Both the position numbers and the translations under genes were made by a program. From positions 5,210,001-5,274,000 of the forward strand of contig CM052817.1 in the NCBI GenBank assembly GCA_028534125.1: a stretch of DNA of 64,000 bases. Direction: 5' to 3'. Positions 1 through 10,891 of the stretch are shown piece by piece. Within the stretch, counting starts at the first letter, position 1; each line of letters starts with the position of its first letter. This stretch comes from Lama glama (lineage: Eukaryota). A model generated the notes under the pieces. It was not told where the DNA came from, made no database searches, and saw only the letters and a list, made by a program, of their open reading frames with translations.

Positions 1-640
1 TTAAATACAAATATATGAATATTTGATTCATGGGCAAAATCGCAGGAATTGCACATTCGTATCTCATAGCTCATGTGTATTTCATTCTTACCAGAAAAGT
101 GGAAACAGCACAAAAGTAACTTAATTTTTTTTCCCCACTTCTTGACATACACACATTCTATCCCCACTCTCCACCTTCAGCTCACAGAAAGGAAAGGGAC
201 CTGGGGGTTACCTAGCCTAGCCTTCCTTTCCCTCCAGTGCCGTCCTTTTCAGCATTAGTTGGCTAATGTAAGGAAGTAACATGAAAACGAAAGGATATCA
301 TGGATCGTTTGTGTTTCTTAGAATGTTTTGTCTTCTTTCTGCGTTTGAATCAAGTGCTGTTCATCACGGGAAGTGTAGCTGCGCGGAGCTGTTAACGCTC
401 CCCCTCACACAGTCTGTACACGTGACCATCTTACTTTTTACTTGCTTTGAGTCTCACTGACCCCTCGTACATTTGGGTCCATCCATCGGAATTCTGCTCT
501 GCTGGAGCCTCAGGTCTGTGCAAACCCGGCCACAAAGAGCATCAGGAAATACCTCTATTGTACGTATGGCCACTGCTCATGTGCATGCTGTTGTTCCATC
601 AGAAATCACTTACAAAACGCCAAGTTCAAAATAAATCAGA
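1..640. mobile_element. hAT-Tip100 DNA transposon remnant, Zaphod/MER115-like, cut by the window start
   Basis: Segments such as ggaagtaacatgaaaacgaaaggata, tacttgctttgagtctcactga and cacttacaaaacgccaagttcaaa resemble the recalled Zaphod consensus. Confidence 0.65.
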
Positions 641-714
641 AGCTCATATCACCAGCCTTGGTGACAGGCAGGCCTACTTGGGGTTCTTGTCTCTGTTCCA
701 CCCCCCAAAAAACC

Positions 715-965
715 TTCCCATGCCTCAGCCTCTCCAGACTCCAGTCGGGTCCCCAAACACACTGGGTGCAGTTAAACCTCCACACCTTTGCCTGGGCAAT
801 TCCCTCTGCCTCTCCTCCCAGCCCTCTCCCTCATCTGACTGGTGATTTCGTCTGCCAACACTTGGATATGGTGCCACCACCTCCTGGGAGCCTTCCCTGA
901 CTTTGTCAAGCAGAGGGACTCTTCCTTCCTCGGGTGCCTCCTTCCTCTTCCCTGCTGCTACCTGG
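715..965 (+). mobile_element. L2 LINE fragment, degenerate
   Basis: cctccacacctttgcctgggcaattccctctgcct...cctcctgggagccttccctgac is typical of the L2 3' region. Confidence 0.55.
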
Positions 966-984
966 GAGGCAGTTCTGTGCACTG

Positions 985-1155
985 AGGGGGGAAAATGCAG
1001 TCTGAAGAGGGGTTCAAACCTCCGCCTCCCACTTACTCACTAGAGGATTTTAGTCAGTGATTCACTTCCCCGCACCTCAACTTTCCCGTCTCTAAAATGA
1101 GGCTAATCTCGGTACTACAAAGGGTTGCGGCTCAGATGAAATAGGAGCACAACTG
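985..1155 (+). mobile_element. MIR SINE
   Basis: gggttcaaacc...ccacttact...cctcaactttcccgtctctaaaatgagg matches the MIR core. Confidence 0.7.
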
Positions 1156-2654
1156 TGGGCGGCTCTTCTCCGCTCCAGCGCCCCCGCCCCAGCACACGGA
1201 GAGCATCTAGCCCGTTACTCATCTGCACCCACTCCCTGGAATTTGGGTTCATCATTACAGTTCCCGGGCTTTGCCTGGGCTCTTCCCGACACAGTGGACG
1301 TGGACTCTCCCCATCTTCCTCCTGGGAATGGCATCGCAAGCATTGCAAGCCTGAGGCAGGAGAATTCCACACTCTTCCCTCAGCATGCCCGGACTTTCCC
1401 ACCCCCTTGGAGTCAACCCGCCTGCAGGATTCAAAGCAGATTCCAACCTCCTTCTTCGTTTTCCACCCGCCCCAGCTAGAATTCCCATCCTGCCCATCCC
1501 TCCGAGCCTCTGTCCGGGGCTCATTTGTGTTTATGCTCTGCATTTCTCTGTTTGTGTTCACTCTCCCCTCCCTCCCGCGCCTCCAGCCCACATTATCCCC
1601 GCTCCTCAACCCAGCTCTCCAGCCCCTACTCGCTCAGCTCCCTTAGGGTAAGCGCCAGTTTCCTTTCACAAATCTTAAAGGAAAAAAAAAAAGTCAACCA
1701 CAAATGCCAGAAGCTTCCATGAAGCCCAGACACCACACCGTAATCATCTGGGGCTCCTCTACGTAATCACCGGGCCTGCCAAGTCTCTGGTTTAAAGGGG
1801 AAAAAAATACTATGTAAATACACATATCAGACTATTAGGAATTTTCAGCGTAGATCCCAAATTATTTGCAGCCCTGGAAAGAGGCAGACAATCCTGGGTT
1901 GGCATCCTTCCTCTGTCATTTCCTGGCAAGCTACACCCCACCCCCAGCCTCCATGATCTCATCTGTGAAATGGGTGTATTGAAGGAGTTTTGCAAGGGCC
2001 AGAGGATTCCAGGTAAATGAAGGGTGGGACCAGCAACCAGGACTGGGTAAGCACTGAGTGCCTCTTCATCTTTTGTCCTCTTAAACAAAATTGGAAGGAA
2101 AAAAAAAAGAGAGAGGAGGGGAGGACCAATGAGCAAGAGTTTACAAGCAGCCATGGGGGCGCCAGTAAAACTCAAAGGACAGTTATTTCAAGCCGGAGCA
2201 TAGATGCTACTGGAAGGTCCACGGGGTTAGGTGGAGCCGGCTGCTGAGAATCTAAGCGGCTCTGAGGGGGAAAAAATAAATTAAATAAATGGTTTCTCTA
2301 ATACAGGGCCATCTGGCGATTTGATAAAAGTATTGAGTTTCTCAAGGCAATCTGTGAGTGCTCCCTGGGCGCCACCGTTTATGGCTTAAATATGACTCGC
2401 ATGTGGAACCAGCATTACAAATGGGAAACAGCAGCTCGGAGCTTGTTCCCTAATGGGGGCCTTTCATCACCCAGTTACCCTTAAGCGTCTCCCTTCCTAT
2501 TGTAATTGGCCCTAAATGAAAAGCATTAGTGCCGTCAATAAAAACTAATGGTTCTACTTACTAAAAAGAAGGGGGTGGGGACAAAAAGCGAGGTCTCTTT
2601 AAAGGCAGGAAGGGACTGGTGTCGCCTCCCTTCCGGAATGTCAGGGTTTGATAT

Positions 2655-2850
2655 TGGGGTGCAGGAGTTGGGAGGCTGGGTCCCCATTCTGGCTCTGCTG
2701 TACCTTGCTGTGTGGCTGTTGAGGGGTAGCGCTCCCTCTCTGGGCCTCCCTTATCCTTGTGAAAACGGATATAATGAGGCCCCTCTGGCTTGCTCACAGT
2801 AGGGCTGGTTTCAAGGATCAAAGGAAAGCTGGATATGAAAAGTCTTTGCA
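2655..2850 (+). mobile_element. MIR SINE
   Basis: ctgggtccccattctggctctgct...ctgtgtggct...ctctctgggcctc...tgtgaaaacggatataat. Confidence 0.6.
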
Positions 2851-3659
2851 ACTGTAGAGGCCTCGAGCCCTGGAGGAGTCATGGCAATTTTATCCTTCCT
2901 GGAGATGGGAGCTGTCCCCCCGGCATTTCTAACAGTCTTCTGCCAGAATCCAAAGGGAAGCCTGTTCAGGGTCCCTGCGGCTGCCCGGCCCACAAAGAGG
3001 GGCTGTTTGGAATTAAACTGAGAAGGCATTCTCCACTGGGTGGCTGGGGGGCGGGATGGTTATTTATTTGTTTGCTTAAGATTTTTCAGAAATGGTCTAA
3101 TCCTCTCTTGGCCATGGGCCATCCCCAGCCGTGGGGCCCTCGGTGCGCATAGTAGGAAAGATGTGTCCTCCCATAAAGTGCCATTATAAGAGCCTAGAGA
3201 TGAGAGGTCCAGGAGCCATCCTTGCTCCAGACTTGTCGTGCTGAACTTCTATTTTGCTAACTGAACCTGGAGCCTGAGGTGTGAGCCTGCAGGAAGGTAC
3301 AGCCTTAGGGGCTGAGAGGTAGGAAATTTACACTAGAACACTTGCTGTGGACCAGAGCCCTCACCAGGAGCTGAGCAGCCATCACAGCGTGTGGCCCCGC
3401 CAGCCACACTGCTGGTGTGCACTGCGACCCCGTGTCGTGGATGAGTAAACGGAAGCTCATCTCAGTAAAGCATCCTGGCGAACTGCATGAAGTCACGGCA
3501 ACAAAGGAGGCAATGGGTTCAGCCAGGTACGAAGCAGGTGCTCGGCCCTTGGAAATGGCTTCCTCAGGACATTGGTCACGGGAAGGGGCTGGAATCGGGC
3601 TGCGGGGCAGACACTAGGGTTGCCACGTCCATAACCCAACACCCTCACCGACTCGGAAC

Positions 3660-3997
3660 ATGCTGCCCATTTCCCATTACCAGCACTTCTATTTCTTTGA
3701 CGGAGGGCTTTCTCTGGCCACCAGAGGCAGAAAAGTGCCAGGAATTCGTACCTCCCAGGAGCAGCCCCTGGGCAGTGCAGGGAGCTTGGGGTATAACTAC
3801 CTCAGCTCCCTCTCCCGCTGGTAGGGTAATTCCGAGTTGTCTGTCTACACTCTTTCCCAGAGTTCCCAGCGGACACGAGCCACAACCTGCTTTATAGTGT
3901 GTTCTTCATTGACAGTCTTCCCTTCCCCATCTCACTTTCCCTTGACTCTCAGATCTGTGTCTCATGCTCTGTTCCTGGGAGAATCCAAACTAAGACA
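3660..3997 (+). mobile_element. ERVL solo LTR, LTR16-like
   Basis: Ends in ctctgttcctgggagaatccaaactaagaca, the typical LTR16 3' end; internal ggagcagccc...ggggtataactacc. Confidence 0.7.
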
Positions 3998-4086
3998 TGC
4001 AGATTGGAGCTAGGGGAACTGATCTGACAACTGGGTCATCCAGTGCCAAGGAGATGGGAGCCCAGATCACCACTGAGATACAGCCA

Positions 4087-4445
4087 TATTCATTCATTCA
4101 TTCAACATACATTGACCATAGGCCTTGAGGGGCCAGGCGCTGTGCTGGGTATGCAGATTCTGGTGGGCACAAAGCAAAGATTATCCCTGACCTTGTGGAA
4201 ATCAGACAGGTGGAGGAGTCCATCAATGAGTGATAATTGAATAGACTGTGAAAGAATGACAGCAGTACCACGTGGAAGAAAGGAGAATACCAGAGCTGGA
4301 CCTGCTGCCTGGAAGAGGGCTGTTTAAGGGGAGGTCTAAGGAATGCAGAGAGAGAACACTGCGTGGGGAGATCGTGGCCCCTGGGTAGGCTCTGAGCATG
4401 GGGAGCAGAGGTGCACATCTGGAGGAAGCCCTGAGCTGTATTTGC
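4087..4445 (-). mobile_element. L2 LINE 3' fragment
   Basis: (cattcatt) tail followed by ccaggcgctgtgctgggt, the antisense L2 3' end. Confidence 0.7.
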
Positions 4446-4454
4446 AAGAATGCT

Positions 4455-4900
4455 GAGGTGGAGTTTTAGGACTTGAGGGCAATTAAACAGGACGCGTCAC
4501 TGAAAACTTGGTTCAACCTGGTTTATGCATGAAAGGGAAAATACTGCCTATAGAGGCAGATGTAGTTTCAGGCACAGCTGGAATTGGGGATCAGTGTCTT
4601 TGAGGGCTGCTTTTGCTCTTTCCCTCTCAGTTCACAATCTCATATTGACTCCATTCGTAGACCAGCTCTCCTCTGCAGCTGAAGAATACTTGCCAGATGC
4701 ATCCAAATTCCCAGCAAAAGCCTGGAGATTCTTATTGGTCCGTCAAAGTGGTTCCTACCAAAGTAATTACCATATCAGGGGAAATGATACATGGATTGGC
4801 TTACCTCTGGGTCATGTGCTCCTCCATGGGAAAGTAAATGGTGGATGCCACTGGAACTCAATGCTTTTGCTCATTGAAGGGGAAATGATTGCTGAGAAGG
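4455..4900 (-). mobile_element. Old MaLR LTR, MLT1J/K/L-like
   Basis: tttcaggcacagctgga...gattggcttacctctgggtcatgtgctc resembles old MLT1 subfamilies. Confidence 0.45.
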
Positions 4901-4929
4901 GAAAAAAAATGTCTTCTAGAAACACTATG

Positions 4930-5610
4930 CTTTGATGGGAATGGCTAAAACTAAAAAGACTGACAACACCAAGTGTGAGCAAGGATGTGGAGAAATTCTG
5001 CACTGCTGATGGAAGTCGAAATGGCATAATCATGTAGGAAAAATGTTTGGCATTTTCTACAAAAGCCAAACGTATACAAACCATATGCCCCAGCAACCCC
5101 ATTCCCGAGCATATATCCAGCAGAAATGAGTGCTTATGTTCCCCTGAGAAGGTTCACAGCAGCTTTCTGCATAATGGCCCCAAAGTAGAAATGACCCCAG
5201 TATTCCTCACCAGTAGGATGAATAAGTACATTCCAGCATTTGAGGGAATACTACACAGCGGTGAAAAAGAATACACACCAGTTCCATGTACCAACATGGA
5301 TGAATATTATGGATGCATGATCAAGAGAAATAAGCTAGACACAAAACAGTACTTGCTGTATTGTTCTATTTACATGAAGTTTTAAGGATAAGCAAAATGA
5401 ATATATGGTGAAAAAAGGCCAAATAGTGGTTGTCTTGTCAGTGATGCTGCCTCAAGAGAAAGGCTACCAGGATGCAGCAAGTTCTCTGTCTTTATCTAGG
5501 TGGTGGTTCCTGGGTATGTACACAGGCAAAGATTCATCGAGCTGAGCTGAACATCTAATAGTTTTATACTTAATATCTGTGTTATACTTTGATTAAAAAT
5601 TTAAAAAATG
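4930..5610 (+). mobile_element. L1ME-type LINE-1 3' end (ORF2 tail and 3' UTR remnant)
   Basis: aaagactgacaacaccaagtgtgagcaaggatgtggag...aacatggatgaat...ttgattaaaaatttaaaaa; many disabling changes. Confidence 0.8.
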
Positions 5611-6976
5611 AACTATTCTGAATGCCCCCTGAAGTATAGTATATTTCTGTGTATTATCTTTTCTCCAGCTTTATCCTACTACCCAGTTCTCTCTGTTCCT
5701 TTTTCCTGATTTCTTAATCTATTTTTTTGTCCCATCAAATTGTGTCTCTGTAAACTATCTCAAACTCTTTTGCAATGGGAGAACTGAAGAATTTAAGAAG
5801 GAATAAAAAAGCTTGAGGAGTTGTCTGCTTTTTTTTTTAAACTTAATGAAAGTGATTCTCTTTTTATTGCCTTAGCTTCATTGCTTTTCATCCTAAATCA
5901 AGAGTTTTCTCTGTCTGCCAATTTGCAAATGGACCAATTTCTACCAATTGGCCTTAACATATACAAATCAGTCTCATAAATAAAAACAAAAGTTTTCCAG
6001 CCGACACAGCTTCGGTTTTCCATCTGCAGGCCCCTGCCCCTCAGTGTCCTTCTGGCAGTAAAACAAGAGGGCTATCATTCTCTTCCACACAGCATAAACT
6101 GTCATCTTTCCCTGGTTAAGTCTCAGATGCCGTCTGCCAAAAGCGGGCCTCTGATTCATTCCACTGAGATTCCAGAGTAATCTGCCTTGCGGCCTGCAAC
6201 CAGAGATGCCTTCAGCAGACCCCATGATAAATTAACATTTAATCCTGGCCCAGGGAACGCTGGGGCTGGAATAGCCCGTGGGGACGGCGGAGCCCACCCC
6301 TGTGAAGCCAGGGAAGAGGCCCTCTCCTAACTGTGTGCCCGGTGGACCCACCACAGTCCAGGGATGGATAGGATTTCCAGCACGGCTGCGTACGGGACTC
6401 CATCGATGGGACGGTGTGAGCCTCTCTGAGCCCCAGTCTCTTTCCCACTCTGCCTCCGTCACCTGCAGTGGACAGCGGATAGCTTACCAACTCAGCCATC
6501 TTCTCTGTGACTTGATCTCTGGATGGCAAGCTGGTGAGCACAGGGGCAGGGTGGTCCCCCCAGAGCCCAGGGCTGGACACAGGGCAGGGACCCAAAGTTT
6601 GTCGAACGACAAATCCAAGAGATGCCTCTGCCCAGTTGGGCAAAGGGAGCCAGGGAGGGGGAAGAATCAAATATGACAGCCAGATAATGACTTGGGTGAG
6701 CCAGCAGACCGTGGTGCCATTGACCCAGATGAAGCGCAGAGGAGAGAAGCCAGCAGTGAAGGAGGGCTGTCAGCCTGGGCGATCCAGCTGTTCCCCCTCC
6801 AAACCAGCACCGTCAGAGAGATGCTGGGCTCAAGGATGCACTCAGAGCAGTCCTCACTCACCAGTCAAAACTCCAAGAGAAAAGACAGAGAGAATAAAGG
6901 GGCCTCTTGTTTCCAAGGCTGGGGTTCCAGGCTCAGGAGGAGGAGGCCATCTTTTCTCGAGATTGAAATAGCCCAT

Positions 6977-7076
6977 NNNNNNNNNNNNNNNNNNNNNNNN
7001 NNNNNNNNNNNNNNNNNNNNNNNNNNNNNNNNNNNNNNNNNNNNNNNNNNNNNNNNNNNNNNNNNNNNNNNNNNNN
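6977..7076. other. Assembly gap (100 N)
   Basis: Run of exactly 100 N followed by a poly-C run. Confidence 0.99.
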
Positions 7077-8800
7077 CCCCCCCCCCCCCCCGCCAATGTC
7101 AGGTGAAAGCTGAGACACGACCCTCAGCTGCAGGGCTCGGGGTAGCCCCAGGGTGAGCCGGAGGGTGAGATTCATGCTGTGGCATGAATCCGCTTTTCCA
7201 GAAAGAGGGCTGGAGTGTCATATGGAGAGACTTGAAAAAGGACCTGGGTCAGGGTCGGGGGCAAGGCAGTGGGGCAGGGGCGAGGGATGCCCTCCCGTGA
7301 AGGCTCAAGATCTGAACAACACAGGGGAACCCCAGTCCGACCAAAGATGGAGTGCTGTCCCTGCGGGGCCGTCACCCTCCCCCCTAGACAGTCCGACCTC
7401 CAGCAATTCCGCCAAAGCCTGAGTACACTGGTGGAGGCCTCTGGAAGGGGCTGGGCTCTGTCCCTCGTCTTCCAGACTGTCACAGACAGAAGGAGCTGGC
7501 CCTGTGATCACTGGGCAGGAGGTACGGAGACCGCGAGCCTGCAGAGGAGTCACTCCGTGGATGGGACATGCCGGAAAGGCCCACGCTCCACGTACAGTAG
7601 CTATTCACCCTCCCAACAACCGCACGAGAACAGTCTACCACCGTCGCCACTGCCAGCCTCGCTTTACTGATGACCCAGGCACCCACCGAGAGGTGAAAAG
7701 CGGCTGCTCAAAGTCACACCTAGAAACCCGCAGGGTCAGGACTCGAACCCTGGAAGGAGGTTCCGAGGCCACGCGCGGATGTGGCAGGCCTGCTGAGCCT
7801 GCCGCCTGATCTCGCGGGATTTGAAAAGCTGTCCCCGGGAGGGGACCTCCGCATCCCCACCGCCATGTAGAATTGGTGCTCCGTGCAGAGGCGCGCCCTG
7901 TGCTGTCGACTGGATTCCGATCATCCTTTGTAAGAATTTCGGTTGCCTGTGTCGCCATGAATTTTGTAATCTGTTCAGCTCCTTCCCAGAAGGGGTAAAG
8001 TTCCTTATCATGTCCTAAGATCCATCTATTGTAACTATGAAATAATAATACTTCACATGGGTTCACCTCTCTGACCTAACACCTCCATGAATGCAGTCAG
8101 CCTCCGCAGCAACCAAGGACAGAAGGGGTTCAGCCCCTTCCAGAGCTGGGGAAACTGAGGCCCAGAGAGGTTATATGACGTGCCTGGTAGTGTATTAGTG
8201 TCAGACTTGACACACGGATGCTGAAAGCCAAAGCTTACGTAAGCCTTATCTCATAAGACTTCTTATTTAGAGGAAAAAATATTTAAAAACAATTTTTTAA
8301 TGATGAGTAGGAAGCAGCTTGGTGCTTTTAGTATGAGGAACTTACCCCAAATCGTGAAGTATTTCCTTCCCACAACAGACTCAAGCGGTTTTGCTGTTTT
8401 TGTGTGATTCTCTGGGATGAGACCCTCTGTATCCACTCGGACGGGCTGAGGCACCGAGTCGGGCGTGGGTACCGCCCAGTCCCAGACGCGGGGAGCCTGG
8501 TCCGCTGAGAGCAGTCCGGGATTTGCCCCCAGTTACCACAGAGTAAGAGGAAGCTTTCCCACCATCTTGTAATTGCAGACTGCTGGGTGACCGAGCCATG
8601 AAAAGCGATCGTACCCATGTTCCTCCACCGGCCTCAGAGAAAAACCCTGAAAGCAAATTGTTGTGGTGGAAAAAAAGACTGTCTTCATGCCACAGAGTTC
8701 TGGGGGGTCAGGAGAGGAAGAGGGGAAAGCATTCCTATGATACTGGAGGAAGTAGCCACAGAATCCATCCCGTTCCTTGGGCAGCTCTGGTGAGGGAAGA

Positions 8801-9458
8801 TGTTGCCAGTAGATGCAGCCGGTGCTCCAGGTTCTTGTCCCGTCCCAGAAAGAATTCAGAGACAGGACATAATGGTTAAAAAAGTAAAGAGAGAATTTAT
8901 TAAAGGATGAATAGTACACTGTCAAGGGGAGAGCGGGCAGGCTCAGGTGAGCAGCTGCCCTGAATTTCTTTGGCAAGTTAGTTACATAGGGTGTAAAAAT
9001 GAGTGGGTGGAATTTTCATTGAGGAGGAAAGGGCTTGGGGTCGTATTCCCTGATTATCATCCCAACTCCACCTTCCCAAGGGGAGGAGGGATTTTTGTCC
9101 TTATTTAGTCTGGATCGGAAGTGTCATGGCATCAGTGCATGATGGGTACATCTGATCTGCAAGGCTAATTTTATTGAAATGAGGGCATAATTAGCAAAAG
9201 GTTACATTTGGACACTGGAAATTCCTGCCTTTTCTCACCTTTCTTTGTCGGTCTCCAGGCCACTCATCACCCCAAAAGTTGTGACCACTCATCAGCCCAG
9301 AGGTTCCTGCTTTTCTTTCTCTGCCCAGGGACCCCTGGTGCTTACATGATCTGTGGTTTCCTGCATTTGGCTGGTGCCCCTTCTTTCTGCCTAATTCTTG
9401 CCATTTGGTCTGTGTCCCCCTTTCTCTGCTCAAATCTAGCTATCTGCCTGCTCTAATA
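8801..9458 (-). mobile_element. ERV1-like solo LTR
   Basis: Starts tgttgccag and ends ctgctctaata (a decayed ...aca); AATAAA on the minus strand (tttatt at 8896-8901); cagaaagaattcagag motif shared with the LTR at 57561; no clean TSD seen. Confidence 0.7.
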
Positions 9459-10469
9459 GAACCGTCTCCTTTTCAAGGTTCTGCCACCTGTGGGGTTTGT
9501 GACCGTGAATAAATTACAAACAAACAAACAAACAATCAAACAAAAAACCCTCCCCATGCCTCAGTTTCCCCACATGTAATATAGGGGCATTGAGATCCAC
9601 CTGCCAGAGTGGTTGGAGGATGTAAAAACATGAGAGAGGTAGAGCAGATAGCTCAGCAGACCTTGGTAAATGTCCCCTGTCTGACCTTCCTAAACACGCA
9701 CCACGGGCCAGGGGGCACCTTCTGCTCAGAGGAAAAGTGCTCCTGTATTTCCGATCAAGGGGGAGCTTGTCTCTGTTCTCACCTCAGTGGCCTCAGACTG
9801 TTTCCTAGGAAAAGCCAAAAGAGAAACAGTAAGAAACTGTAGCTCTAACTCTGGCATCTAAAACGTGGGGGACTCTTGTGTAGCCGCTGCCACTTCTGTG
9901 TATGTTGGCACTGAAGGAAGCAGCTGCACTGATTAATTCTAACAAGGCAACCTGTATGCTCTGCTTCACCAGCTCAGGGTGCAGCAGACACTTGTGTTCT
10001 TTAACGGCCAATCACTGAAGGATGTTGTGCTCGACGAGCAGGACGTTCTTATCTCCGTCTTGAAGGTCCCTTTCTGCACGCTGGAACTGACTCCACTATC
10101 TGTCTCATAATTGTTCAGATCCTTGGAGGCTTACTGAGCCCAGAAGGGATTATTCTGGCCTTTGACAGCCCTTTGGAGATGATCTGCCCACTGCTGTCAT
10201 TGCTCCCCCTGGCCACAAGATGTCCCTGCTGAAGGGGCTTTGGTGCAGTTGGGCTAACACTTGGCCTGCTGCTGACGGCACTCGCTGGTTGGGGTATCGC
10301 ATTGCCCCACTCTAGACACAAACAATACAGGTCTTGGGGCTCACATTCCCACATTCCCATGCTCAGCCATTTCTCCCCTAAACATACCCACCTTACCAGG
10401 ATGACTGGGTCCAGAAGACTTTTCAGAATAGGTCTTCTGCCCAAACCATTTTTCTCCCTGCTAACCCTC

Positions 10470-10891
10470 TGTGATGGTTAATTTTATGTTAATTTTAAAC
10501 ATCGCTGGGCCATGGAATCCAGATATTTGCTCAAACATTATTCTGGATGTTTCTGTGAGAGTGGTTTTAGATGACACTAACATTTAAGTCAGTGGACTTT
10601 GAGTAAAGCAGATTGCTCTCTATAATATGGGTGGGCCTCATCCAATCAGTTGAAAGGCTGAATAGAACAAAAGTCTGACTTTCCCCAAGCCTAAGGGAAT
10701 TCTGCCAGCAACAGCCTTTGAACTCACACTGCAACATAAGCTTTTCCCAGCCTACCCTGTAGATTTTGGGCTTGCCAGCCTCCAAAATCATGTGAGCCAC
10801 TTTTTATCGAGTCAGTTCTTTATAATAAATCTCCTTTGACATATACACATATCCTATTGGTTCTGTTTCTCTGGAAAACCCTGAAAATATA
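10470..10891 (+). mobile_element. MLT2 (MLT2D-like) ERVL solo LTR
   Basis: tgtgatggttaattttatg start; gggtgggcctcatccaatcagttgaa; cctattggttctgtttctctggaaaaccctga end; 5-bp TSD ccctc/tcctc. Confidence 0.9.
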
